A stretch of 64,000 bases of DNA from Azolla caroliniana (lineage: Eukaryota; Plantae; Polypodiophyta). The notes beneath the pieces were generated by a model, which saw only the letters and a program-made list of their open reading frames with translations, did not search any database and was not told the DNA's origin. The position numbers were made by a program, and so were the translations under genes. Location: NCBI GenBank assembly GCA_043228905.1, contig JBHGNT010000010.1, forward strand, positions 3,472,001-3,536,000. Direction: 5' to 3'. Shown piece after piece: positions 36,845-53,741 of the stretch. Each line of letters begins with the position of its first letter. Position 1 is the stretch's first letter.

Positions 36845-38565
36845 TGCTGTAAATTACCATATTGTTTTCTATGTTGTGCATATCACTTATCAGATATAAT
36901 CTGCTCATGTGAAGACATAAACCTGTCTGAGAGCAGGAAAAAATGTAAGAGATTTTCACTTGTACAAAGAAAATTTTCCATTCTTGTTACATCAATACAT
37001 GGTGTATAATCGAGAATAATGGTGTTAACTATTTCAGATTTAGACAAGGATCAGCCGGCCTCTCTGAATCAGCTTTTCATTTATTTACATTCTATTTGGT
37101 TTATTGCAGCATTCACCAACAGAATGTTGTGACATTTCAGTCTCTTAATTTAATTTATATTTGTATGGTTTGGGGCTTGTATTTTTGTAAATTATCATTT
37201 TTTGTTGGATTTCTTATTATGTTGTACCATGTTTCTTTCTCTTGTTATGCACATCTCTCAGATATAATCTGCTCATCTGATGACATAAAACTGTGCAGGA
37301 GCTGGAAATTTTTTATGAGTTTTTCTTTTGTATAAAGAAACACTTCCATCCTTTTTACATCAATACAAGGTGAGAATATCATATTCACGATTCGCGCTTG
37401 AGACAAGTGTTAGTCAGTCTCTCTTAATGATTATTTTTATTTATATACATTTTATTTGATCTATTACAGCATTCAAAGAGTTTCTTGTGATGTCCGTGTC
37501 TTGATTTAATCTATATTTGTATGGTTTGGGCCTCATGTGTTTCCTGTAAATTTCCATGTTGTAAATGGATTGATTATTATGTTATGAATTACCATGTTTT
37601 TTTCTTTGTTGTGCACATCTCTTATCGAATATAATCTGCTCATGTGACGACATAAAACTGTCCTGCAGCTGGAAAGAATGTAAGAGTCTTTCTTTTTGTA
37701 CATAGAAAATTTTCCAGTGTTCTTACATCAATGCATGTTTTGTTTGATTGAGAATAACATGTTTGCTATTTCAGCTTTAGACAATGGCTTGGCAGCCTCT
37801 CCGAATCAAGTTTTCATTTATATACCTTTTATTTGACCTATTGCAGATTCATAGACAGTATATTGTGACATTTCAGTCTCTGGAAATTACTTGTGTTTAT
37901 TTCTTTGTTGTGCAAATATCTTATCAGATATAATCTGCTCACTTGAAGGCAGTAAATTGTCAGGAAACTGAAAAAAATGTAAAAGACTTTCTGTTGTACA
38001 AGAAAAATTTGCATCCTTGTTACATTAGTTCAGGGTGTGTATAATGCGTTTTGCTATTTCAGCATTAAACAAGGGTTAGTCGGCCATGCCAAATCAGGTT
38101 TTCGTTTATTTACATTTGATTTAATCTATTGCAGCATTCACAGACAGTATGTTGTGACATCTCAGTCGCGTGACTTTATTTAACTTTGTCTGGTTTGGGC
38201 CTCATCTGTTTGGTGTAAATTACCATGTGGTAAATGGATCAATCATTATGCCGTGAACTATCATACTTTTTTTTTTGTTTTGCACATCGCTTATCAGATA
38301 TAATCTGCTCATGTGAAGACATAAAACTGTGTGGGAGGAGGAAAAATGCAAGAGATTTTCTCTAGTACAACATTTCGATCCTCGTTACATCAGGAATAAC
38401 ATGTTTGCTATTTCAGTTTTAGACAAGGTTAATCGGCCTCTCTGAATCAGGTTTCATTTATTTACATTTTATTTGATCTATTGTAGTATTCACAGACAGT
38501 ATATTGTGACCTTTTGGTCTATCAATTTAATTTATATTGTTTGGTTTGGGTTTCATCTGTTTGTT
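36845..38565. repeat. Diverged ~368-bp tandem array, about 5 copies, directly downstream of the kinase stop
   Basis: Anchor (G/A)ATATAATCTGCTCA at 36893, 37261, 37628, 37927 and 38297 (spacings 368, 367, 299, 370). Confidence 0.9.
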
Positions 38566-40894
38566 AAGGTGGGCATTTCGAAGTGTAAACGATGCTGTTA
38601 CCTTTCATTATTACATTCAAACTGAATACATGATTCATAATCTCAGTGCCGTTTCTTTGATAGGTTATATTCTATCTTTTTCTGTTGGGATGTATCAATT
38701 TTCAGGGATTTGATGTGTGAGCAAGTAGCAATGATGCTGAGGACAAGGGACATAATGCTCACATTATAAAAGTGGTCAGAAAGCTATGTTTTGGTAATAA
38801 TAACAGTGGTAATTTATAGAATTTGAGAAAGAAAGTTGTGTTGGATGCTATTGGTCGGTAAGAGAATGCAAAGCACATGGCGAACCTATATGTCATAAGC
38901 AGCGCATTTCAGTTACATATATTAATGGAATGATGCCCTTGGTGACAAAATTAGTGTCTCCACATTGACTAGAATGACTAGACTCTCATGGTTTATTCCC
39001 AACTTGTTTTTGAGTGTAGTCATTGATAAATTCATCTGCTTTTGGTGTTCGACCGATGTAATTTGACGCCATTTTCTTGCACAACCATCAGTTTTCCATG
39101 ATTTCAAATCATTCATGTGATGTTTCTGTGGCCACAGAATTGATATTGGTGCAAGAACAGCGCAATGGGATTAGTAAGTGCTCGTATAACTAAGAATATG
39201 GCAGATGAATATAAGGCATCTCCCTTACAGTAACATATTTTAGCATTTGATGTGTCTGGGAACCTCAATGCCTAAAGTTCTCAGTATTTCCCCTAACACC
39301 CCTGAAAGATGAACAAATGGTATGAGTAGAGCATATAATTGCTCAAATAGCACATATAATCATGAAGAAAGTGATGAATTGACCATATAGTTGCCCAAAC
39401 ACCACATGATTATTCAAGAGACCACGAACTAAAGGCATTTATAGTAATTGCAATAAATGTCTTTTCTTCTTTTGTTTTCGCATTGTCGATCATTTCTCCA
39501 GACATTTTCTGATCATTTCTCCAGACATTTTCTGATAAAGGCAGTATTCTTCCCCTTAATTATCATACAAATGTATGATTAGGAGTACATGGTTGAATAT
39601 GGATTAAAAGTAAATCAATCTTCATGGGTATGTAATGGATGTGTCAAGGTTGCTCCACTTAATGGTGTGACGAGAAGAAAGGATTCTTGGACATGGACTG
39701 TGAAGGTATAGTTCATGGCTATTTCATGGATGTAGAAAACATCTCATGGAAATGTTATCATTAGGATAATACATGTTGCACATGGAATGAATGGATATAC
39801 ATGGGTGTGGATGTGTTATGGATTATCATGCATGGGTCCCTGAGAGGAAAAATCAAGCTTTCAAAAACTCTCCAATTTGGGTCGTAAGGTTGCCAACATT
39901 GAAATATCTCCGCTCTCTAGCTATGTAAGCTCCCCTTCCAAGTTATGTGAGGTTGGTCGCCCATAACTTACTTGGCAAATGAATGTTCCTCTTTAAGTAG
40001 TTATTCTTGGTATGTTGGCGAAGGAATGCATTCCAAAATACCTTTCAAATTAGTTATTTTTTATAAAGTGAAACTAGCAAATAAGAATAGATTCTTGAAA
40101 AATGGACCACATTCAAGCATTTCCCAAAGGTATAATGAGTCGAAGCTTATCTCAATCTTCAATATTGACATTAGTAATATGCAATCGTCAACTTTTACAA
40201 TGCCCACCCATTAACATTGATAAACCTTCAATAATATGTTCACATACATAGAAATACATGGACGCTAAGCAATCTACATAACTCCAATATTAAGAAGGGC
40301 ATGACTCATCAACATAGATACACCTAACACAAATATGAAGAAAGTTAATGGTCACAATAATGTTTAGTAAATTATGTTATCAGTACTGCCAACAAACAAG
40401 TTTGCAAAAATTCAAACAATGCCTACTTAGGTGTCACTTCTTTTTCTGCATAGACTACCAAACATTGCTATATCTAGTGACCCTCCTTGAAGATATCGTA
40501 AGTATATTAGTTTATATTTTGATAAATAAAATCATATTGTGCTCATTTGTATATGTGTTATGTGGTGTATTGAGTAAATGTTATTTAATCTAGCCTAAAG
40601 GTCATGGATTAATATTTCATAAGCATTCAATCATACATTGTGATCTGTTGGTGGAGACTATTTAATCTATCTTGAAGCTCGCACGTTCGAGACTTAACTT
40701 GATAAACTAGCTTTTCACTCCCCCATCTCCACATGTGGATAGAGGTTTGGTGCTTGTCCACACACATGCAATGTTTACTTCCCACACACATGCAATGGTC
40801 TAACATGTCGCTTCACCTATCTAATAGTCTCAAAAGATTGTAGTATTTGGCCCAAACCATTCAAATATTATTAAGTGATATTCCTTCAAATCTT

Positions 40895-41620
40895 TTTTTT
40901 TTTTTTTTTTTCAAAAAACACTACTTCGCATTAGTTAGCAAACTGAATACAACAAAGTTCAACTTGAATCCACAATGGGATCAATATATACAACATGGAG
41001 GAACAACTCCAAAACTAACAAAACTCCCGCAACCCTGATCCCCAATAAAACTAAAACAAACCCCATTTTACACCATCTCTCCTCATCCAAATGTACTCTT
41101 TTATCAGCTATACCTACATATTTACATCCCATTTACAATATTGGGAGCCATCAACGGAAACAACCACGTAGGTGCTTGGTAGTTCCACTTAGGCCTCGTT
41201 GAAGATTTGACCATCATGGGAGGACCACCCCATTTTAGCGAGAACTTAGACCTTGCCCTTTTAGGTTCATCTGATTCCCCCTAAATTGAATCATACCGTC
41301 CACGTAGCTAGGCCATTAGCTCAAACCAAATATTTAGCATCACCTCACCGCATGAGAGCTTTTGCCGCTGAAAAACAAACTTACAACGCCTGGTCCAAAT
41401 GTGCCAAACTAATAAGCACGCCACCATAAGCCATATTTGCTCCAAAAATTCAGAATTTGTGGTAGGTTTCACCCCATCACATAGGAATATGTACCACTGC
41501 ACTATAAATCCATATCCCTGTGGGTTTAACTTTTCTGCCCAACCTTCCCCATTTAGGATTAGACCCTGTATGGAACCCCACACAACATTCCCATTCACAC
41601 CGCAAGCTGCCACAATTCAG
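40895..41620 (-). mobile_element. 5'-truncated LINE 3' end (distinct family)
   Basis: Poly(T) on + at 40893-40911; ORF 41308-41613 has 'LLVWHIWTRRCKFVFQ'; 15-bp TSD ATTCCTTCAAATCTT (40880-40894) / ATTCCATCAAATCTT (41621-41635), 1 mismatch. Confidence 0.88.
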
Positions 41621-41661
41621 ATTCCATCAAATCTTAACTCTTGACATAATGAACTCTATAA

Positions 41662-41946
41662 GATAAATTTTCATTTTATTTAATCTCGGAACTTTGGAGT
41701 TGGATTCAAATTTAAGGCATGCCAAGCTGGTAACACTATTTAGTACTCATTCATTGGAAGTTAATGCAATGGAAAAACTTAGCAGGTCTAAGGCATGAAA
41801 GTTTACCTTTTCATATGGTGCCAAGGTAGGAAAGATAAAAAGGTGACTAAAGATAATTTTTCATTTGATCTAATCGCATAAGTTTGGTCTTGGATTCAAC
41901 TTTAAGGCATGCGAGTTGGTAACACTACTTAGAACTTAATGCAATG
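41662..41946. repeat. Diverged direct duplication, ~189-bp period
   Basis: AGATAAWTTTTCATTT..TTGGATTCAAMTTTAAGGCATGC..TGGTAACACTAYTTAG at ~41662 and ~41851. Confidence 0.7.
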
Positions 41947-42542
41947 TCCATATGCACAAGGTGCATAGAATGAAATGAAAATTTGGGAGTACAAAGAATA
42001 CATATTTGTGGTACATCATAACATTGACTTGTCCATATGTACTCTAGTTACTTCTTATGGTGAGAGGTTTCCAATACAAAGCTACATGTGCACATCCTAA
42101 CGCCCATATGTGCATGTGGGCTCATACTTTGCATAAAATGAAGTGAAAAGTTTGAATTTTGAAGTACACATTACAAATTGAGAAGTTTTAAGTACACATT
42201 ACATAAGCTTTTGGAGATGTCTAAATAAAGACCAAGGATACATCCAAACGGAGGAAATGTTTTCTAAATTTGGAAGCAATAAGTGCAAGACAAGATAATG
42301 ATTTTGTATGTACCTTGGAGTAAGAGTGCTACTTACACAAGGGTTCAAAACAATGTAGTATTGTTTAACACTTTTTTTCTTTCTCTTACACTTTAAGACA
42401 ATACATCCAAGTTTCTAGAAACAAAAGGTTGAACCCCCTAATAAGGAATGTTCAAATGTTTTGCAATAATGTAATATTGTACATATATAAGCATATAAAT
42501 TGATAAAGAGTTAAGTACTACTACAAGGATGAGGTACCAAAC

Positions 42543-45267
<2,725 letters not shown>

Positions 45268-45334
45268 TCACTAGTGGGAAGGATTTAAGTAAAACGTTTG
45301 TAGGTAGAATGAGTTGGAGGGGTTTATATAGGTT

Positions 45335-45640
45335 CTCATTTAGCTGTGTATATATGTATATATATATTATTTATTTATTTATTCATAAATATATAATATG
45401 TATCTATACATATATGTGTATGCATGTAAATATAAATACATAAATGTATGTATGTATATGATGTGTGTGTGTGTGTGTATGATATGTATCATTGCATTAT
45501 ATATAGATATGGATAGATAGTTCTCTCATCAATCTCCCTTGTATAACCCCATGCAAATTTGGATACACAACAAACATACAATTCATACACAATACACATA
45601 CACATGCATACAATATACAATCACACATACATATGTATGT
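45335..45640. repeat. TA/TG/CA low-complexity tract in the CKX promoter region
   Basis: Dinucleotide-rich sequence just upstream of a minus-strand CTATATAAA (TTTATATAG on + at 45323-45331), a candidate CKX TATA box. Confidence 0.7.
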
Positions 45641-48507
45641 CCTTTTTTCTAATGGAAACAAAGACAAATCCACAATCTCTTGATTCAAGGTAGATCATGA
45701 AATTCTCCTAGTATGGATGCAAGTTACCAGGTGATGAGTTGCTAGCGAAAACTCCGTTGAGATAAATACTATGTATTTAGTATATGTATAAACTTATAAT
45801 CTAGGTTTTAAGTCCTAGAATTAATTGTTTAGTGTAGGAAGTCTCGCAGTGGAATGGTTAATGAATGTTTTTTTCTTCTTCAACCGGTCACATTGGGTCA
45901 ATTTTTAGCGTATCTCGGTAGATTGTACATTCACCTTTCATCACATAAATTCCAAAGTGATAAACAACTCAATGGTAGCGTAATAAAGTATAAATTGCAC
46001 ATGCACCTGAACAAAGTCATAATATGGTAGCCCTTGATATCAATGGCCACATCCAATCAATCAATATCAAAATAATAAATTTGTTAATAGGCCTTCGGGT
46101 TAGCCTAGTGACATGGAATGTCCCCGTCTCTCGCTCTGTTTATATTGGATTAGTGGTATCGTCTATTTGTATTACTCCTAGAGTCGTGTTAGAGGCATTA
46201 CAAAATTTAGAGGTTGAATGCATGACTTGATAATTTGAGCTTTACAGACCTTATCAATGTCGTCACAGCCAAATGGAATGAGGATGCCAAGAATAACAAA
46301 TTGCAATACTATTGTAATGTTTCCATACACTCAACGGTTGAGACATCTATATTATGTTTTTGGAGAGTACGAGGATAAAAGTAAAAAAGTCAAGGAATGT
46401 ATCGATATATGAATGAGAGGATTTGCACTATATCTTCTTCATAAATGTTTACAATGCATACTTTAAAAATGTTGTAATGACATTGTAAGATAATAACAAT
46501 AAGCATAAGGTTTATTGCTAAAGTTTACACAATAAAAGATGAGAGATTAATGTGAAGGTCTTCCCTTTTCTCTCATATGTCATATTTGACCTCTGGGCAT
46601 GACAATAAAGCATAACTACCCGTCAATCTCTCTTGTAAACTAATGAAATATTTCATGCCTATGTAGAACACCTTAAAGGAATCCAGAAATAATCATTAAG
46701 CTTTTTGATATGGTAGGATGTGTATGTGTGTGTGTATCTTGTCGTATGATATTTGTGATATTTATTCCAAATTTTGAACTCCCAAAAATTGAAAACATAT
46801 ATGTCCCGACTTACTCTATAAGGTTGCCAAAACTACAATTAACGTAATGTGTATATGTGCATGTATCTTATAGCAATTATATTGAGCTACCAAGCATGCC
46901 AAAGTAGTACATACAAGTAATTAATTATGCTTCTATAATTCAGCGCAAGCATGCAAAAATTTGAAACAACTTTGAATCTTTGTCTTTGATTGAACTCGAG
47001 GTCTAAGGTTTTCTTCAAATTTGACACTTCATTGAAAGCTTGGTTAAGGAAATTTTTACATGCGATTCATTTTCAAATTTGACTCCCCCCTTCGATAGGC
47101 TAAATTTCAACCTAAATTGATGGCAACATTATATCTTTCAATCATAACAATCAAAGTGTAATCCCCTTAATCCCTCCAATAGATAACTAGAGTGAATATA
47201 TTTCTGCAACTCTACCTTTGGAGGTAATAAACTTCGTTGCCTCTACAAAACCGCCAAAACATTCTCATGATTAAAGAGAATATTGTGTACTTTTACCATT
47301 AAGTGTTCTCCCACATCCCTTTGGATATCTAATGCAAGCCTCATGTAGGAAACTTTTCAAGCGATCATATTTGAGATGTGTTCATGTGGTAACTTAACAC
47401 AATTGGGTCTTGCACAATGCTCATAAATGAGAGAAATGAGGGAGGGCAAACTTCCATAAAAACTTTGTGTGAATACGCTATAATTGAAGGCATGCCATGC
47501 ACTTTGTGTGTAACGTTCTCTCTACGTAAATAACAAAATTTGTTTGGAATGTTTTTGAAGGTGTTTAAACTTAACGTGGTTGCCCCTTGCACTCAATCAA
47601 TAAGTTACATAGATTAGAGACTTAGAGTGTACACAAGAATTTTTGGTATTTTCCCTTGTGAAAAGATAGGCTCCTTTCCCTATGTCGTTGCACAACATAT
47701 AAAGAGAGCAATATGTAATCACTTCGCACCCACTAAATGTAAGCCAACTCATGTCGATAATTATAGGATTCCTCAAAGAACACTATAAAACTGGGAGGAT
47801 AATACACTCAAAACTTTCTTGCAATAGATGATAAGAGATAGGGGAGCATCATAATCTGTGAATCCGCGAATGATAAGATATATGCAATGGATCACATTGG
47901 AATTACATTCACAATTTTTTTGATGTGGTTGGGAAATGTGTGTGGAGTGAGTGAGAGAGAGAACCATTTCAAACTAGTTCTATCTTAGTCGTTAAAATCT
48001 AGGCTCATAATGGATTATTACGTTTGCAAAAAAGAATTGTTGTATGGTTGGGGAGTGTGTGCGTGTGCGTGTGCGTGTGATTGATGACGCATAAGGAGAG
48101 AACCATGTCAAAGTAGTTCTATTGTAGTCATTGAAATCTAGGCTCAGACATAAAATTCTGATCAAGTGTAGAATGTAGATTAGAGAAACGAATTTCCCTA
48201 CAAGAACGACGGATTTGACAAGACCAAAAAGCAAAATTTCGCATATGTGTTGTGTAACAAAGAAAAAAAACAACATAATCTCAAATTTCAATGATCCTTT
48301 ATAATGAAGTATTGCATACTTCTTCGGTATGTAAACGATAAATACATAAAGTCTTGGATCGGAGGATGCCAATATTATGTGCATTTCATAGGAAAACGAT
48401 GTGAAGGCGTTAACATATTTTGAAGCTAACTATGTTACGAGTCAAGACATTATAACAATAATCTCAAGCAAATGTAATGATTCACATCATATCATAGGAC
48501 TATGTTG

Positions 48508-48905
48508 CATACGGAGAAAGCATCCGGCGCAAAGGCAGAAAAGCAAAAAGCAAAAAAGCAAAAAAGCAACAACCAAGGAAGGCAAAACGCAAAAAAGAAA
48601 GAGAGAAGGAAATACATGGCCAAGAAGGCAAAACGCAAAAAGGCAAGAAACAACAACAAGACAAAAGCCAAGAAAGCAAAAAGCAAAAAGCATCCAAAAA
48701 ACACAAAAGAGAAAGAAAATTTTAAATGAGACGCATCCTTCATGACGTCATTCCGTACTGGTCTGCGTCGAGATGACGTCACCCGGGTCTCCGCGCAAAG
48801 AAAACAATCTTCATCGGGATCCGCGCTGCTATTTTATTCGTTGAAACATGCCGATGACGTCATCCCCGCGTCATCATCCCCACGTAGGGAGACCCGGAAA
48901 TGCAT
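48508..48905. other. CpG-rich island: A-rich AAAGC/AAAAGC repeats followed by three TGACGTCA palindromes and a short inverted repeat; probable transposon end
   Basis: TGACGTCA at 48743, 48774 and 48855; CCGGGTCTCC (48783-48792) and GGAGACCCGG (48888-48897); followed by a (TTTA/TTTG)n tract. Confidence 0.5.
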
Positions 48906-51900
48906 CATTTAACTCTATTTATTTATTTATCTAATTATTTGTTTATTTAATTATTTGTTTATTTAATGATTTATCTAATTATTCGTTTATTTAATTATTT
49001 ATAGTATTATTTGTTTGTTTGTTTATATTTGTTTTATCTATTTATTTATTTGTTTCTTTGATTATTTGATTGTTTTTTTATTTTAATTTTATTAGCCTTG
49101 TTTGTTTATGATGTGCCCCAAGAGAGAAGGTACCCAAGAACTCCTTCGACTAAGGAAGAGAAAAGAGAGGTCTTGGAGCTCCTCATTCATTGTCCAGAAT
49201 AAAAGAATGGCCTTGGAACTTCGCCATTGCTAATTAGAAGAATGGGCATGCCGCCCAACATCACTCTCATAAACTTCATTCATACATTGGCTTATTGATC
49301 GAACCCATGTGAGAGCTTCCATGTGTTTGTTGCGTGCAGTTCAAGTCTCCTTTTTATCCCTTTCTCGTGCCTCTCTAGAACATCGCCTTTTCTCTTAGAA
49401 ACTTACACATATTTGTGTGTACCAAACATAATAAACCCACACACAATTGCCAAGTACTCGATCAACCATGCGAATTCTCTCTCTCTCTCTCTTGTTGAGC
49501 TCCCGCATTTTGGAAAACTACATGCCAGATTCTTGTATCCAACCTAATGAGTCATGACCTTGTGCTCTTCATACAATTGATACAAGCATCTCAAATATGC
49601 CACAATTGGTCATGAACACACACACACACACAAATCACTCTCTCTCTCAAGTTTGTTTCTTGTTCCCACACTTTTAGGAATATACATGCCATATCAATGT
49701 ACCGAAATGATGACCACATGGTCTCCACAAAGTCGGGCGTTGTCTCGTCTATGGTCAGAATTGTCATGTACGCACACATTCTCTCTCAATATCATTTTGA
49801 GCTCCTAGACTTTGCTTCGAAGAAAGACGAGAGTGTTGGTAATCATAAGATTTGAGAAACCTCTAGTATCTCCTCTTATCAATCTAAGCATTTATGCTTT
49901 TGAGAGAGAGAAAAAAAAGACTCAAATAATATCTCTATCTATCTTCATTCTAAACCCCCCCCCCCCCTCCTTTTCCTTAGCTTTAGGGATTTTGTTTGAC
50001 AACCACACTTCCAAGAACAAAATCCTTTTTTTCCTACCAAAATGTCATCAAATCCTTCACAATAATGCCCTCATATGCTTCCTCTTAACTACTACTTTCT
50101 TACTTGACATCACTCTTTGATCCTCTCCCCATATCTCTCCCCTTTTTAACACCTTTCCACATAAACAACATCTTGCATATATTGTCATCATCATTGTCAC
50201 CTTCTTTTCCTCCTTGGCAAAAGAAGAAGAAGAAGATCTCCTTCCTATTAATATCCCTTCGTTATCATTATCCCCTCCGGAAAAAAAAATACACGCACTC
50301 CTATCTCAGGATGTTTTGCCATGCTTTTACAAAGCATTATCTTACTATTTCCTCCTTGGTGGGAGATCTCGTAAATTATACATGCCACTCTGAAAATAAA
50401 AACACTATCTTACTAATGTCCAAGATCTCTTAAATTATCGAAGATGGTGATGTTATATGCTACCTCATGTGCTAAAGATATTTGGCAATTATTAGGGATT
50501 GGTTCCTTGCGTCGAAGTCCATGGGTTTGTTATGGTTTGAACAAAAAATATCCTTCTATGTTACTAACCGTTATTTTATGAAGGTGTTGAGACCTTGAAC
50601 TTTGGACTAGGAGAGATTTGAGCTCAAGTTTGTTGCCAAAGGTTTAAGGAATACACTAATTGCTATGAAAGTGTTCACACTTCGGACTTTGGCACAAGGG
50701 AAGTTGAGTACATTGTCTTCAAATCTAGGTTCAACTCTAGCTAACCTACAAGGGAGCAAAGTGCTTTTAGGTCTAAGTAGGCACAAAAACTGTTGAAATA
50801 ACACCATAGGCTTTGGTCAATTACTAAAACCATCAATATGGTCCTTATAATACGAATAAAAATGCTTCACATTATGTAAAAATAAACATGGTACCTTTCT
50901 CCTAAGATAGGTGCAAACTATTATTGATATGTGCATGATCACAAAATTAAAAAATACAAAGAATTTTTATAATGACTATGCCATTGCTTAATATTTGAAC
51001 TCATTTAGGGCCACAAATCACAAGATTTAGAACTATTAACATCACGATGATAGGTTTAAAGAGAATTTCAATATGCACTTTGACTCTTATGTAACTTATT
51101 TACATACTAAAAGATGATGAGAAGGCTCATGGCAAGTCCTACATAAGTGACATATATCTGTAGTAAACCAACATTACTTTTCAAGTAAAAACAATTATAC
51201 GGTTCTATATTGATTATGGAACATATAATATCATCCATAAGTAAATTTCTTTGTCAAACACTATGTACAACCTCAATAAGTTTCAACTTTCCATTAGAAC
51301 AAGCCATGTATGAGCATGCAACAAAAGGCCTGCGTTTTAGAACTTTGATTGTATTTATAATCCTTCATATTTAGTCAACGAAGATTTGCATCATCAATAC
51401 TCTTTTTTCCAAATCCGAAATATAATCTTGCAAATTTATCCAACAATAAATTACATCATCAATTCATTTTTTTAAATCCTTAAACAAGCCAGGTAGGCAT
51501 ATCTCACGGGTATTCGTGTAAATAAAAGTATGATTGATCCCCAAGACACTTTTAAGATCATAAAATATATTTCATGAAATCTCAAAGCACCAAGATACTT
51601 TTAGAATATCAATGCTTGCAATAAATATAAATCCTTTATAATATTGCCAGCCATAAGTTTCTTCATTATCACACAATATAACATTATTGATCCAAAATTA
51701 TAACCTTGTTAGCAATATTCATCAATACGATGCAAGATTAGTAGGTGACACTATGTGTATCGTTTTAAGTGGCTCTCCCTCCCTTAGGTTCCCACACATC
51801 ATAATTGACTTGCCAAGGCAATAATAAAATTTATCTATCTATCTTTAACTTGTTTGAAAGTTCAATTTGTAGATGACACCATGAGTATCAAACTGAACCC

Positions 51901-53375
51901 CAAATCAGTTGTCTTCTTTGGTCAATGAACGTTAGATATTCAAGGATTACGATCGAGAATGAAATTGTGGTTAAAATATTTCCAAGATTAATATTGTTAT
52001 GATAATCTCCCTCCGCTTTGTCTTTTTAAACAAAGTATTATATCTATTCAAATGCAGAGACATTTAAGTTCTTTTTTTCCAAAAAATTTAAGTTCAAATC
52101 CGATTTCTCTACGAGGCTTGAGGAGAATGCCACTCACATACCCATTACATCTTGTGGGTTTTTGATACTTTAATATTTTCTCACACCATTTTTTATATTC
52201 ATGTTACAATCATGTATAGGAGTAACCCAAGGTTTTAATAAACCCATGAAATGGGTTCAAATCTCTCAAAGTAGTTTGTTTTTGCTAATTTCTTAGATGA
52301 CACTCCAACATGTAATTGTCGAACATGTGATTTACTACTATTTGAGTGCACAATTAGCTAATTTAATCAATGCAATTGTGGAAATTTAAAAGTTGAACAT
52401 ATAAACCCCTAGTCTTCATCAAACAACCTTATGAACTCTCTCTTGCGCACATTCATATACAACATGCTCTAATCCCCTCCAATCAGACATTCCTACCTTT
52501 GCTTTATAGAGACATATATATCATTTTTATTAAGCACTTGAGCTCCCTTAAGAAAATACACCAACTACATGTGGCTACACGCTTTGAACAATCAAACAAG
52601 ATTCTATTGTAATGTCCATCTTGAGTACTATTATCATGCTTCTACCCTCACAAGCTCTCAATATCTCTTTCACTCTCTCTCTCTAAAATGTGAGTTACCA
52701 TACACCTCATTTATGCCACAACTATAGGGAATTCGAGAGGCACTCAAGTTATGTTGCATTAATATTTTTGGCACAATTTTAAGTATTGCACTCTGTACTA
52801 TTATGAAGAATCAACACTCTCATATACTTTCTAATGAGACATAATCTGCGTTAGTGGACTTAGCTATCATAGGTAGTGAGTTGATCCACACTCTTAGAAG
52901 TTTACTCACATAGTTTGTTCTGATGTTGTCAAGAAAGGAGGTTAATCGTCCTCAGTGTTTTGGGTGATTCTCAACTTTTCTTCAATTTCATTGCTTCAAT
53001 TCTCATCTTGTATGGTAGTGCACATATGCACAATGTTTTGTCATATATCATTCTTCATAGTGTTCCTACTAGGCATTGAGAGTTTGTAAATGGGATTATT
53101 GTCTTTTGTATTAACCTCAAAATTAGGATACACTACAAGTTTGAAGGACATTTACAGTTAATGTAAAACTTTGAGAGATGATTATATGTAAGGCCCATGG
53201 GGGGCCAAATTTGATGGATGGGACTAATTAATTAATACAAAGCACTTCCCCAAACTGTAGGTGGGGAATTTTACAAAAAGAAAGCAATAAAACAATGTTA
53301 CCTCGCATGAGTTTTTTGTGGTGAAGGAGACAAGCAAAGAACATGTGCATTGTGTTATTGAAAACGGTTTTTGAA

Positions 53376-53741
53376 AGCTTGTACAACCTTAATTATTGGA
53401 AACGATGTATGATGTCCTCATATAAAAGCAATGAGACATAGTCACATTCTCTTTTCCTACTTGATTTTCTATTTTGAATGCATGAGTGCATCATTGCGAT
53501 GGCACATCTCACTCTCTTCAACATGGGTGCTTGAATGTAAGCATGGGCATAGTCACATAATTATTGGAAGCTTGTACAACCTTAATTATTGGAAACGACA
53601 CATGATGTCCTCATATAAAAGCAATGAGACATAGTCACATCCTCTTTTCCTACTTGAATTTCTATTTTGAATGCATCAGTGCATCAGTGCATCAGTGCGA
53701 TGGTACATCTCAGTCTCTTCAACATGGATGTAAGCATGGGC
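53376..53741. repeat. ~192-bp tandem duplication
   Basis: AAGCTTGTACAACCTTAATTATTGGAAACGA..GTAAGCATGGGC occurs twice (starts ~53376 and ~53568). Confidence 0.92.

Noticed and set aside
48401-48782. Lys-rich histone-H1-like ORFs and hydrophobic antisense ORFs
   Set aside because: Product of A-rich AAAGC repeats; open in several frames; no globular domain.
49100-53300. Possible additional gene or TE between CKX and the transporter
   Set aside because: No long ORF, recognisable motif or terminal structure found by eye; old TE debris cannot be excluded without a repeat-library search.
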